Shown: one piece after another, positions 25,684 to 35,229 of the stretch
Position numbering within the stretch: position 1 is the first letter of the stretch
How the letters are laid out: each line of letters starts with the position of its first letter
Assembly: GCA_050874585.1 (NCBI GenBank)
Contig: JBNMKZ010000006.1
Coordinates: 134-64,133 of the forward strand
Reading direction: 5' to 3'
Source: Verrucomicrobiota bacterium
GTDB lineage: Bacteria; Verrucomicrobiota; Kiritimatiellia; RFP12; UBA1067
Length of the DNA stretch: 64,000 nucleotides
The notes under the pieces: generated by a model
The model's database searches: none
Seen by the model: only the letters and a program-made list of their open reading frames with translations
What the model was told of the DNA's origin: nothing
Position numbers and translations under genes: made by a program

Positions 25684-27798
25684 ATGACCGATTTCTCAAA
25701 ACTGCTGAATCCCGAACAGTGTGCGGCGGCGACGGCTGGTGACGGGCCGCTTCTTGTGCTGGCGGCGGCGGGCACGGGCAAGACGCGGACGCTCGTGCAC
25801 CGCGTTGCCTATCTCATCGAGCAGGGTGTCGACCCCGGGCGCATCCTCCTCCTGACGTTCACGAACCGGGCGGCGCGGGAGATGCTGGAGCGGGCTGAAA
25901 AGGTCGTGGGACCGGACGCCTCGGCCATTTGGAGCGGAACCTTCCACAGCATCTGCGCCCGCTTCCTCCGCCGCTACGGCTCAACGCTCGGCTACAAGCC
26001 CGGCTTCCAGATTCTCGACGAGGAAGATCAGCGCAAGCTGATTGCCGACCTCATCCGTGCAAATGTCAAGGACCCGAAGGACTTCCCGAAGAAGGACGTC
26101 ATTGCGAAGATGATTTCGGAGGCGGCGAACGAGCAGAAGCCCGTCGCCTTCATCGCCGCACGCTGGCAGACGCGCACGGCCGGGGTGGACCCGGAGGCGA
26201 TTGCACGCATCGCCGAACTCTATGCGGCGCGGAAGATGGAACTCGGCGCGATGGATTTCGACGACCTGCTCGTGAACGGCCTGAGACTCCTGAAGGAGAA
26301 GGCGAACGTGCGGGAACTCCTGCAGGAGCACTTCCTTTACATCCTCGTGGACGAGTACCAGGACACGAACGGACTTCAGGCGGAGTTCACCGACATTCTC
26401 GCGGCGAAGCACCGCAACATCATGGCCGTCGGTGACGACTTCCAGTGCATCTACACGTGGCGCGGTGCGCAGATTGAGAACATCATGGAGTTTCCGCACC
26501 GCTGGGAAGGCTGCCGGACCATCAAGCTTGAGCGGAACTACCGCTCGGTTCCGGGCGTTCTGGACATTGCCAATGTGGTGATGAAGGACGCGTCCAACCA
26601 GTTCGAGAAGGTGCTGCGTCCGACGCGTGGCGCGGCGGTTGAGCTGCCGTGGCTCTACCGCGTCTGGGACGACCTCGCGCAGGCCAACGAAATCTGCAAG
26701 CTTGTCAGCCGCGTCCACGGTCTCGGCTACCGCTACTCGGATGTGGCCGTTCTCTACCGAAGCCATTTCCAGTCCATCAAGATTCAGATGACGCTGGCGC
26801 GGATGGGGCTGCCGTACCGCATCACGAGTGGTGTCGGCGTATTCGAGCAGATTCACGTCAAGGATGTGCTCGCCTACCTGCGGATTCTGCTGAACCCGAC
26901 GGACGAGCTCTCGTTCCTCCGTCTGGTTTCGCTTTTCCCGGGTGTTGGTGAGAAGAGCGCGAAGACCTACTGGGAGAAGCTCGGGCGGCAGTTCGACGGA
27001 CGGCGCAAGGAGGACCGCGAGGCTCTCCACGGACTCCTCGGGGCGAAGGCGCGGCCCATCTGGCCGCCGCTGGCGAAGTGCTTCGAGTGCGCGGCGGATC
27101 ACCTGGCCGAGAACGAGGTCGGCGAAATCGTCAGCGACTTCTGCGACCTTTTCTATGAGGATCACCTGCACCGCGAATGGGAGGACCAGGATGCGGAGGA
27201 CAGACTGGACGATGTGAAGGAACTTGCCACGCAGATCGCCGGGTCGGAAGGGGGGCTTGAGGAGTTCCTCTCGGATGTCGCGCTGATGACGAACCTCGAC
27301 GTGCGCAAGAACGACCCGACGCTCGACCGCATCACGCTCTCGACTGTCCACCAGGCGAAGGGCATGGAGTGGCCGGTCGTCATCGTTCCCTGGCTTTCGG
27401 AGGGACTCTTCCCCAGTGCGAAGGCGACGGAGGAGGGGCGCCTTGACGAGGAACGGCGGCTCTTCTACGTGGTCGTCACGCGGGCAAAGGACCAGCTCTA
27501 TCTCTTCTCCCCGCAGATGCGCCAGAGTACCGACGGGGGCGTTTATCCCGTGGAGGCGTCCATGTTCGTGAAGGAGATTCCCCGCGACCTGATTCAGGTG
27601 CGCAACGTGGCGAGCTATCCCGATGCCTATTCGGGCGGCTACGGGCGCGGCACTTCGCGCTATTCGGGCGGCGGTTCGTCGTATGGCGGCGGTGGGGGCT
27701 ATGGCCGTTCGTCGTCGGGCGGGTATGGCGGTTCGTCGCGTCGCGGCGGTTCGGGCGGCAAGCCGCCGACCACCTACAAGACAACCTGGAGGCACTGA
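25684..27798 (+). CDS. UvrD/PcrA/Rep family ATP-dependent DNA helicase with Gly/Ser/Tyr/Arg-rich C-terminal tail
   Basis: Walker A AAAGTGKT, DEYQDT and TVHQAKGMEWPVV. The last ~60 residues are low complexity (GGYGRGTSRYSGGGSSYGGGGGYGRSSSGGYGGSSRRGGSGG). Confidence 0.9.
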   Translation: MTDFSKLLNPEQCAAATAGDGPLLVLAAAGTGKTRTLVHRVAYLIEQGVDPGRILLLTFTNRAAREMLERAEKVVGPDASAIWSGTFHSICARFLRRYGSTLGYKPGFQILDEEDQRKLIADLIRANVKDPKDFPKKDVIAKMISEAANEQKPVAFIAARWQTRTAGVDPEAIARIAELYAARKMELGAMDFDDLLVNGLRLLKEKANVRELLQEHFLYILVDEYQDTNGLQAEFTDILAAKHRNIMAVGDDFQCIYTWRGAQIENIMEFPHRWEGCRTIKLERNYRSVPGVLDIANVVMKDASNQFEKVLRPTRGAAVELPWLYRVWDDLAQANEICKLVSRVHGLGYRYSDVAVLYRSHFQSIKIQMTLARMGLPYRITSGVGVFEQIHVKDVLAYLRILLNPTDELSFLRLVSLFPGVGEKSAKTYWEKLGRQFDGRRKEDREALHGLLGAKARPIWPPLAKCFECAADHLAENEVGEIVSDFCDLFYEDHLHREWEDQDAEDRLDDVKELATQIAGSEGGLEEFLSDVALMTNLDVRKNDPTLDRITLSTVHQAKGMEWPVVIVPWLSEGLFPSAKATEEGRLDEERRLFYVVVTRAKDQLYLFSPQMRQSTDGGVYPVEASMFVKEIPRDLIQVRNVASYPDAYSGGYGRGTSRYSGGGSSYGGGGGYGRSSSGGYGGSSRRGGSGGKPPTTYKTTWRH

Positions 27799-27799
27799 G

Positions 27800-28297
27800 A
27801 TGGAGGCGTTTACGATTCGACAGGCGCGGCTGGCGGATGCCGAGCGGGTGTTCAGGTTCATTCTCGGGAACAGCGACCTTCTTGTGCCGCGCTCCCTTGG
27901 TAATGTCGTCGAGAACATCGACCGCTTTTTCGTTGCCGAGGTCGGCGAGGCCCTTGTCGGCTGTGCGGCCTATCAGGTGCACCCCGAAATCGGCGACGTG
28001 CAGGCGGCGACGGTCGAGATACAGTCCGTCGCCGTCGACGCGGCGCACCGCAAGCTTGGCATCGGGCGAGCGCTCGTCGAGGCCGTGGTCGCCCGATCGG
28101 CGCAGTTCGGCCCGCGTGAGGTGCTGGTGCTGACGTTCGCGCCGGAATTCTTCACGAAGCTTGGCTTCCACGAGATACCGAAGACGCGCGTCATGCACAA
28201 GCTCTACACGGGGTGCATCAACTGCACGAAGCACACGAACCCTTTCACCTGCCCGGAAATCGCGATGAAACGCGACCTTCCTCAGAATATGGTATAA
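27800..28297 (+). CDS. GNAT family N-acetyltransferase
   Basis: In-frame ATG 27800, 2 nt after the helicase stop. Acetyl-CoA motif QSVAVDAAHRKLGIGRALV. Cys-rich C-terminus CINCTKHTNPFTCPE. Confidence 0.8.
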   Translation: MEAFTIRQARLADAERVFRFILGNSDLLVPRSLGNVVENIDRFFVAEVGEALVGCAAYQVHPEIGDVQAATVEIQSVAVDAAHRKLGIGRALVEAVVARSAQFGPREVLVLTFAPEFFTKLGFHEIPKTRVMHKLYTGCINCTKHTNPFTCPEIAMKRDLPQNMV

Positions 28298-28298
28298 T
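28290..28298 (+). promoter_or_regulatory. extended -10 promoter TGGTATAAT
   Basis: TATAAT at 28293-28298 contains the GNAT stop codon TAA (28295-28297). It lies 42 nt before ATG 28341, which has the AAGGAGG RBS. Confidence 0.55.
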
Positions 28299-28340
28299 CT
28301 CACTCACCTAAACGGATAAACAACTAAAGGAGGCTCGAAG

Positions 28341-29267
28341 ATGATTAGCGGCGGCTTGGTATTCTTTGCAATTGTGGCGGTGATTGTCCTTGTGGCAATC
28401 GTCAAGACGGCGGTCATCGTGCCGCAGAAGACGGCTTACATCGTGGAGCGGCTCGGCAAGTACCGTTGCACGCTGGAGGCGGGCTTCCACATCCTGATTC
28501 CGTTCTTCGATCGCGTGGCCTACCGTCACACGCTGAAGGAGCAGGCGATTGACGTGCCGCCCCAGCAGTGCATCACGAAGGACAATATCGCCGTGGACGT
28601 GGACGGCATCCTCTACATGCAGGTGATGGATCCGGCGAAGGCGAGCTACGGCATCGGCAACTACCTCTTCGCGACGACCCAGCTCGCGCAGACGACGATG
28701 CGTTCCGAGATGGGCAAGCTCGACCTCGACCGCAGCTTCGAGGAGCGCACGTCCATCAACGCGGCGATTGTCGCGGCGGTTGACAAGGCGAGCGACCCGT
28801 GGGGCATCAAGGTGACGCGCTACGAGATCAAGAACATCACGCCGCCGCAGACGATTCGCGATGCGATGGAGAAGCAGATGAGGGCCGAGCGCGAGAAGCG
28901 GGCGATGATTGCGGAGTCCGAGGGCGAGCGCCAGTCGAAGATCAACCGTGCGGAAGGCGAGCGCCAGCAGGCGATTGCCCTGTCGGAAGGCGAACGCGCC
29001 CGCCGCATCAACGAGGCGGAGGGCAAGGCGAAGGAGATTCTCCTCGTGGCCGAGGCGCAGGCGGCGGGCATTGAGAAGGTTGCGGCGGCCATCAGCGGAA
29101 AGGGCGGTCTTGAGTCCGTCAACATGCAGCTTGCGCAAATGTACCTCACGCAGTTCGGCAACCTGGCGAAGACGAACAACACGATGATTATCCCCTCGAA
29201 CCTGGCGGATGTTGCGGGCGTTCTCAAGGCCTGCACGAGCGTCGTGCGCAAGGTCGACGGCAAGTAA
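28341..29267 (+). CDS. SPFH/Band 7 (stomatin/paraslipin-like) membrane protein
   Basis: N-terminal TM segment, then the Band 7 core (VPQKTAYIVERLGKY ... DPWGIKVTRYEIKNI), then an EAE/ERQ-rich coiled coil. Confidence 0.9.
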   Translation: MISGGLVFFAIVAVIVLVAIVKTAVIVPQKTAYIVERLGKYRCTLEAGFHILIPFFDRVAYRHTLKEQAIDVPPQQCITKDNIAVDVDGILYMQVMDPAKASYGIGNYLFATTQLAQTTMRSEMGKLDLDRSFEERTSINAAIVAAVDKASDPWGIKVTRYEIKNITPPQTIRDAMEKQMRAEREKRAMIAESEGERQSKINRAEGERQQAIALSEGERARRINEAEGKAKEILLVAEAQAAGIEKVAAAISGKGGLESVNMQLAQMYLTQFGNLAKTNNTMIIPSNLADVAGVLKACTSVVRKVDGK

Positions 29268-29301
29268 GATTCCCTTTTGAACTAGTGACTAAGGAGTTGA
29301 C

Positions 29302-30198
29302 ATGAAACCTACATTGGTTGTTTTGGCGGCGGGCATGGGCTCGCGTTACGGTGGCCTCAAGCAGGTGGACCCGGTGGGTCCGTCAGGCGAGGCGATTCTC
29401 GACTATTCCGTTTTCGACGCGGTGCGCGGCGGCTTTGGCAAGGTCGTCTTCATCATTCGTCATGATTTCGAGGCCGAGTTCAAGGAGAAGGTCGGCAAGA
29501 AGTACGAGGGTCTCGTCCCCGTCGAGTACTGCTACCAGGACATCAACGACCTGCCCGCGCCGTACAAGGTGCCGGAAGGGCGTACGAAACCCTGGGGTAC
29601 GGCCCATGCGACGCGGGCGGCGCGCAAGGTCGTCCACGAACCGTTCGCCGTCATCAATGCGGACGACTTCTATGGACGCGATGCGTTCGCCAAGCTGGGG
29701 GCCTTCCTCGCCGAGGCGAAGCCGATGCACTTTGCGATGGTCGGCTACAAGCTTGCGCTCACGCTCAGCGAGAACGGTTCGGTCGCGCGCGGCATTTGCG
29801 ACGTCGCGGCGGACGGCTCGCTGAAGAGCGTCACCGAGATGACCAAGATCGTGCGCACGGCGGATGGGGCCGAGAACCGTGAGGATCCCGAGCATCCTGT
29901 CAAGCTGACGGCGAAGGAACTCGTCTCGATGAACCTCTGGGGCTTCACGCCCGAACTCTTCGACGCCCTTGAGGCGCGCTTTCCCGCGTGGCTCGCCGCC
30001 AACGGGACGAAGGAGAAGAGCGAGTGGTACATTCCCTTTGTCGTGGATGAACTTATCCACGAGGGCAAGGCGGACTGCAAGGTGCTGCCGACGGAATCGA
30101 GCTGGTTTGGCGTGACCTACCGCGAGGACAAGCCGTTTGTCATGGCGGAGATCAAGAAACTCGTCGATTCCGGTGAGTATCCTTCAAAGCTGTTCTGA
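29302..30198 (+). CDS. sugar-phosphate nucleotidyltransferase family protein
   Basis: N-terminal VVLAAGMGSRYGGLKQ nucleotide-binding motif. Substrate is not assignable. Confidence 0.7.
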   Translation: MKPTLVVLAAGMGSRYGGLKQVDPVGPSGEAILDYSVFDAVRGGFGKVVFIIRHDFEAEFKEKVGKKYEGLVPVEYCYQDINDLPAPYKVPEGRTKPWGTAHATRAARKVVHEPFAVINADDFYGRDAFAKLGAFLAEAKPMHFAMVGYKLALTLSENGSVARGICDVAADGSLKSVTEMTKIVRTADGAENREDPEHPVKLTAKELVSMNLWGFTPELFDALEARFPAWLAANGTKEKSEWYIPFVVDELIHEGKADCKVLPTESSWFGVTYREDKPFVMAEIKKLVDSGEYPSKLF

Positions 30199-30898
30199 CC
30201 TCATTTGGCCGCGGGCGTGCGAGGTGTGCGGTCGGGCGGTGGATCGTCCGGCGCGGCATCTCTGCGCGTCCTGTCTGGCGCGACTGCCGTTCGTGCCGCA
30301 GGTCGGGTGCTGTTCGGTCTGCGGTCGGGCGGTTGAAGGGCTCGCGAACGACTATCTCTGCGAAGATTGCTCGGGCGCGGGCCGTCCTCATTTTGACCGT
30401 GCGGCGAGTGCCTTGCGGTTTGAGGGCGTGGCGCGGGATCTCGTGCTGGGGTTCAAGTTCCGTCGCCACCTGTGGCTTCGGGATGACCTGGTCGACTGGA
30501 TGGAGTCGGCGCTTCGTGCGCGGTTCGATGCGGCGGCGGTGGACATGGTGCTGCCGATGCCCGCAACGCCCTGGCACCGTCTCGACAGGGGCTACAACCA
30601 GTGCGCCTACTTGGCGCACCCCCTGGCGCGGCGGATTGACCGCCGCTACGATGGAGGCATTCTCGCACGCACGGGACTGCCGCGCCGGCAGAGTTCGCTG
30701 ACGGAGCAGGAGCGGCGGGAGAATGCGAAGGGGACCTTCCGGGTGCGGCACGCGGAGCATGTGCGCGGGAGGACGGTACTGGTGGTCGACGATGTCATGA
30801 CGACGGGGGCAACGCTTTCCGAATGCGCCCGGGCGTTGAAGCTCGCGGGGGCTTGGCGCGTCTGGGGACTGACGGTCGTGCGCTCGATTCGCACCTGA
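30137..30898 (+). CDS. ComF family protein (phosphoribosyltransferase domain)
   Basis: CxxC pairs (CEVCGRAV..CASC, CSVCGRAV..CEDC) and PRTase motif VLVVDDVMTTGATL. The start is uncertain, because ATG 30137 overlaps the previous gene by 62 nt. Confidence 0.75.
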   Translation: MSWRRSRNSSIPVSILQSCSDLIWPRACEVCGRAVDRPARHLCASCLARLPFVPQVGCCSVCGRAVEGLANDYLCEDCSGAGRPHFDRAASALRFEGVARDLVLGFKFRRHLWLRDDLVDWMESALRARFDAAAVDMVLPMPATPWHRLDRGYNQCAYLAHPLARRIDRRYDGGILARTGLPRRQSSLTEQERRENAKGTFRVRHAEHVRGRTVLVVDDVMTTGATLSECARALKLAGAWRVWGLTVVRSIRT

Positions 30899-30914
30899 GG
30901 GGGCGGCTTCATTT

Positions 30915-30923
30915 TGGTATAAT
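30915..30923 (+). promoter_or_regulatory. extended -10 promoter TGGTATAAT
   Basis: Sequence CATTTTGGTATAAT, with TATAAT at 30918-30923. The ~70-nt leader contains a CTGGAC (30932-30937) / GTCCAG (30967-30972) stem before GTG 30997. Confidence 0.6.
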
Positions 30924-30996
30924 ATGCGGCACTGGACGCGGTTGACGCAGGGTTTTGAACGGGACGGTCCAGCAGTAGCGATACAGAAAGGCACAC

Positions 30997-32856
30997 GTGA
31001 AAATCGGCAAGCGGCTGAAACTCGACGTTTACGGCGAATCGCATGCACCGGCAATCGGCATGCGAATGGAGGGCTTTCCGCCCGAACTGACCATTGACAG
31101 GGCGGAGCTTCAGGCCTTTATGGAGCGTCGCGCTCCGGGGCGTGACGCGCTCTCAACGGCGCGGCGCGAGCCGGATGTGCCGGAGTTCCTCTCCGGGCTT
31201 TCGGGTGATGTGACGACAGGCGGAGTGATTGAGGCGATTATCCGCAACACCGACACGCGGAGCCGCGACTACGAGAAGACCGTGCCGCGTCCGGGGCACG
31301 CGGATTATCCGAACTGGGTGAAGAATGGGCGAATCCCCGCCGGCGGTGGGGCGAACTCGGGGCGGTTGACGGCGGCGATGTGCATCGCGGGCGGACTCTG
31401 CCTGCAGGCCCTCGCCAAGCGCGGCATTGCCGTGAAGGCGCGCATTGAGCGTGTCGGCGACGCGGCGGCGGCCAAGTCGGAGGGCGATTCGGTCGGCGGC
31501 ATCATCGCGGCGGAAGTGACCGGACTCCCGGTCGGACTGGGCGGACCGATGTTCGACGGGCTGGACGGTGCGCTTGCCGAGGCCATCTTCGGAATCCCCG
31601 GCGTGAAGGGCATCGAGTTCGGCAACGGTTTTGCCGCGAGCGGGCTGAAGGGGTCGGAGAACAACGACCCGTTCGTCGTGCGCGAGGGGCGCGTTGTGAC
31701 GCTCACGAACAACCACGGCGGCATTCTTGGCGGCATGACGAGTGGGATGCCGCTCGTCTTTCGTGTGGCGATGAAGCCGACGCCCTCCATCTACAAGCCC
31801 CAGCGGAGCGTCGACTTGGCGACAATGAAGGAGGTCGAGTTCCGTGTGCGCGGTCGGCACGACCCGTGCATCGCCTTCCGTGCGGTGCCGGTGGTGGAAG
31901 CCCTGACGGCCTTTACGATTCTGGATGCCCTGCTGGTCGAGGAGAGCGGCATCGAGTTTCGGTCGATTCCGCAGGACTTGCGCAACATCGTGATTGACGA
32001 GACGGTGGCGAAACTTTACCCCGCGCTTGCGGAACGGGCGATTTGCGTGATTCCGTCCGGCGAGGAGCACAAGACGATTGGCACGGTCGGACGGATTTGG
32101 AGTGCCTTTGCGAAGGCCGGGATTGGGCGCAAGGATACGGTCGTGGCCATCGGCGGCGGCGTGACGGGCGACCTGACGGGATTCGCGGCGGCGACGTGGA
32201 TGCGCGGCATCGACTGGGTCAATGTGCCGACGACCCTGCTGGCGATGGTGGATGCCTCGTATGGCGGCAAGACCGCCTGCGATCTTGCGGAGGGCAAGAA
32301 CCTGGCGGGGGCCTTCCATCCGCCGCGTCGGGTCATCATTGACGTCAACTTCCTGAAGACGCTGCCGCCGCGGCGGCTGGCGGATGGCCGTGCCGAGATG
32401 ATCAAGCACGAGGTCATCGGCGGTCTTGCCCGCACGGCCGATGTCGCGGCGTTTCCGCCCGCCGAGGAGATTCGCCGCAATCTCGCGGTCAAGGTCGCCG
32501 TCGTGCGGCGCGATCCGCAGGAGCGCACGGGCGAGCGCATGAAGCTGAACGCGGGGCACACGGTGGGCCATGCCGTCGAGAAGGCGAGCGACTACCGAAT
32601 CTCGCATGGTGAAGCCGTGGCCATCGGGTGCGTGGCCGAGGCGCGGCTTGCCGTGGAGAAGGGCCTTGCCGAACCGGCGTTCGTGGCTGAACTCGCGGCG
32701 CGGTTCACGGCGGCGGGACTGCCGACCGAACTCCCCGAGGGCATGACATTTGATAACCTGAAGCCCATCATGGCGGGCGACAAGAAGCGCGAGGGCAAGA
32801 CGGTCGTCTTCGCGCTGCCGTGTGGATGGGGTGACGTGAGGGCGGTGAGGATTTAA
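30997..32856 (+). CDS. aroC-aroB: bifunctional chorismate synthase / 3-dehydroquinate synthase fusion
   Basis: N-terminal ~325 aa carry YGESHAPAIG, RPGHADY and RGRHDPC (AroC). The C-terminal part carries EEHKT, VAIGGGVTGDLTGFAAAT, VPTTLLAMVDASYGGKTA and GKNLAGAFHPP (AroB). Confidence 0.9.
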   Translation: MKIGKRLKLDVYGESHAPAIGMRMEGFPPELTIDRAELQAFMERRAPGRDALSTARREPDVPEFLSGLSGDVTTGGVIEAIIRNTDTRSRDYEKTVPRPGHADYPNWVKNGRIPAGGGANSGRLTAAMCIAGGLCLQALAKRGIAVKARIERVGDAAAAKSEGDSVGGIIAAEVTGLPVGLGGPMFDGLDGALAEAIFGIPGVKGIEFGNGFAASGLKGSENNDPFVVREGRVVTLTNNHGGILGGMTSGMPLVFRVAMKPTPSIYKPQRSVDLATMKEVEFRVRGRHDPCIAFRAVPVVEALTAFTILDALLVEESGIEFRSIPQDLRNIVIDETVAKLYPALAERAICVIPSGEEHKTIGTVGRIWSAFAKAGIGRKDTVVAIGGGVTGDLTGFAAATWMRGIDWVNVPTTLLAMVDASYGGKTACDLAEGKNLAGAFHPPRRVIIDVNFLKTLPPRRLADGRAEMIKHEVIGGLARTADVAAFPPAEEIRRNLAVKVAVVRRDPQERTGERMKLNAGHTVGHAVEKASDYRISHGEAVAIGCVAEARLAVEKGLAEPAFVAELAARFTAAGLPTELPEGMTFDNLKPIMAGDKKREGKTVVFALPCGWGDVRAVRI

Positions 32857-32859
32857 GAC

Positions 32860-34962
32860 ATGAAGACGCTTTACCTGTATGGTCCGCCGGCGAGCGGAAA
32901 GACGACGCTGGCGCGGAAGCTGGCGCGTGAATTCGGCCGACCGGCCGTCGACCTCGATGCGGAAATCGTGCGGCGCACGGGGCGTTCGATACCCGACATC
33001 TTCGCGGCCGAGGGTGAGGCCAGCTTTCGACGCATCGAGAGCGAGACCCTTCGCGCCGTTTCGGCCCCCATCGTCGCGCTCGGGGGTGGAACGCTTCTAG
33101 ACCCCGCGAACCGCGCCTATGCGGAAGAGAACGGGTTCGTCGTCGTGCTGGACGTGGACGACGAGACGCTGGCGCGGCGGATTGAGGCGGCGCAGGGGAC
33201 GCGTCCGCTTGGCAACCGTGCGGCGGAGCGTCGCGCACACTACGCGTCCTTTCCTCATCATCTTGGGGCAGACGACCGAATCGTTTTGCCGCGTCCGCTC
33301 CGGGGACGCATCACGGTTCCCGTCTCCAAGTCGCATCTCCACCGTCTGCTGATTGCGGAGTTTCTCTCGGGGGCGGCCGTTCCGCCCATTGACGCGGCGG
33401 ACTGCGCCGACATTGCCGCGACGAAGCGGTGTCTTGCGGCGCTACCGACGCCCGCTGCGCGCGGCACGGTGACGGCGGCGACCCTGGACTGCGGTGAAAG
33501 CGGCTCGACACTGCGCTTTCTCGCCCCGCTCGCGGCGGCCCTTGGCGTGAAGGCGACATACGTCCGCCGTGGACGGCTTGCGGAACGACCGATGATTGAC
33601 TACGACGGACTCGCCGCCGGTGTGCACGAGTTGCGCGGCGACGTCTCCAGCCAGTTTGTCACGGGGCTCCTCTTCGCCCTGCCGCTGATGGACGGCGATT
33701 CGGAGATTCGTTTCACCACGCCCCTCCAGTCGCGGGGTTATGTGGACATGACGCTGGACGTGATTCGCGCCTTCGGCATCCGCGTGACGGAAGCCGAATG
33801 GGGCTTTGCCATCCCCGGCAACCAGCGGTACCGTGCGCCTGCGACACCTGTTCAGCCCGAAGGGGACTGGAGCGGCGCGGCCTTCTGGTTCGCGGCGAAT
33901 GCGCTTGGAAGCGAGATTCAGGTGGCGGGACTTGCCGCGAATTCGCACCAGCCCGACCGCGTCGTCTGTGAGCTGATTGACCGCATCCGTGAGGGGCGGG
34001 GGCCCGTGGACGTCTCGGGGTGTCCCGACCTCTATCCTGCCCTGGCCGTCGTCGACGCACTTCTCGGCAAACGGACCGTCTTTACGGGCACGGAACGCCT
34101 GCGAATTAAGGAGTCCGACCGGCTGGCGGCCATGGAGGAGTGGCGGCGTTCGCCGACGGACGTCGACACGAAGGGCGACCACCGCATCGCCATGGCGGCG
34201 GCGATTGCCGCGCTGCATTCGGACTGTCCTGCGCTGATTCACGGGGCCTCGTGCGTGTCCAAGTCGTATCCGGGCTTCTGGGACGAACTGCACATGGACC
34301 TCTATCTCGTCACGGGGTGGCCGCTCGTCAAGACGCGTAGCCCCGAGATTCACAATGCCGCCTATGCCGCCGAAGGGCGAAAGGCAGAGATGATTTCCTA
34401 TCCGTCCGAGACGATTGAGGGGGCGATGGCGTTTGCTGCGCTGGCGGACGTGAAGGGCATGGCCGTGACGATTCCGCACAAGCTGAGCGTCATGCCGCTT
34501 TTGGACGAAATCGACCCGGCGGCCCGGGCCATTGGTGCTGTGAATACGGTCGTCTTCCGCGCGGGGCGGAAGTATGGCTACAACACCGATGCGGATGGAT
34601 TTGCGGAGGCTCTGCTGGCCTTTTGCGGACGCGCCGATCTCGCCGGGATGTCGGTGGCCCTTTTGGGCGCGGGCGGTGCGGCGAAGGCCGTCGACTACGC
34701 CCTCCGGCGGCTGGGGGCGAAGGTGTCAACCTATCATCGCCGTCCGCTTGATAGGGCGCCGGACATTATCGTCAACGCAACGCCGGTCGACCCGATACCG
34801 GATTACGCCTTTACGGGACGCGAGCTTGTCTACGACCTGCGCTACGTTCCGGCCGAAACGCCGCTGATGGCGCGTGCGCGGGCGGCCGGTTGCCGGGTCG
34901 AGAATGGGTTTTCCATGCTGCAGGCACAGGCGCGTGGCCAGCGGCGGCTCTTTTTCGGCTGA
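32860..34962 (+). CDS. aroK-aroA-aroE: trifunctional shikimate kinase / EPSP synthase / shikimate dehydrogenase fusion
   Basis: GPPASGKTT + DLDAEI (AroK). SKSHLHRLLI, CGESGSTLRFLAPLAA and RIKESDRL (AroA). SPEIHNAAY, VTIPHK, GAVNTV and GYNTDADGF (AroE). Confidence 0.88.
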   Translation: MKTLYLYGPPASGKTTLARKLAREFGRPAVDLDAEIVRRTGRSIPDIFAAEGEASFRRIESETLRAVSAPIVALGGGTLLDPANRAYAEENGFVVVLDVDDETLARRIEAAQGTRPLGNRAAERRAHYASFPHHLGADDRIVLPRPLRGRITVPVSKSHLHRLLIAEFLSGAAVPPIDAADCADIAATKRCLAALPTPAARGTVTAATLDCGESGSTLRFLAPLAAALGVKATYVRRGRLAERPMIDYDGLAAGVHELRGDVSSQFVTGLLFALPLMDGDSEIRFTTPLQSRGYVDMTLDVIRAFGIRVTEAEWGFAIPGNQRYRAPATPVQPEGDWSGAAFWFAANALGSEIQVAGLAANSHQPDRVVCELIDRIREGRGPVDVSGCPDLYPALAVVDALLGKRTVFTGTERLRIKESDRLAAMEEWRRSPTDVDTKGDHRIAMAAAIAALHSDCPALIHGASCVSKSYPGFWDELHMDLYLVTGWPLVKTRSPEIHNAAYAAEGRKAEMISYPSETIEGAMAFAALADVKGMAVTIPHKLSVMPLLDEIDPAARAIGAVNTVVFRAGRKYGYNTDADGFAEALLAFCGRADLAGMSVALLGAGGAAKAVDYALRRLGAKVSTYHRRPLDRAPDIIVNATPVDPIPDYAFTGRELVYDLRYVPAETPLMARARAAGCRVENGFSMLQAQARGQRRLFFG

Positions 34963-35175
34963 CGGGGTTTCGGAAGTCGCGGCGAAAGGACGGGGACTTC
35001 GCCCCCGAATCCCGCTTGGGAGCGGCGGAGCGCAGAAGGGCGGGGAAAAGCCCCGCCGCGTAGGCGTTCAGAAGGCGCGAGCGCGGCACGCTGAATGGGC
35101 GCGGCCTGCCGGACGGCAGGCCGGCAAGACCACCTGCTGCGGGGTGCCGGTGGTCGGCCTGTTCCTCCTCTCGGG

Positions 35176-35221
35176 CTCGGGGGCTTGCGCGTCGGGCGAG
35201 CCCCCGAGCAGGCGGTTTTTT
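35176..35221 (+). terminator. hairpin + T-tract (possible aro operon terminator overlapping the tyrS promoter)
   Basis: Perfect 10-bp stem CTCGGGGGCT (35176-35185) / AGCCCCCGAG (35199-35208) with a 13-nt loop. A T6 run at 35216-35221 also forms the T-tract of the next promoter. Confidence 0.45.
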
Positions 35222-35229
35222 GGTATAAT
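35221..35229 (+). promoter_or_regulatory. extended -10 promoter TGGTATAAT (leaderless configuration)
   Basis: TATAAT at 35224-35229, with 8 nt between the box and the tyrS ATG 35238. The upstream cassette GGGCGAGCCCCCGAGCAGGCGGTTTTTT is homologous to 60-90 and 22684-22710. Confidence 0.6.
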
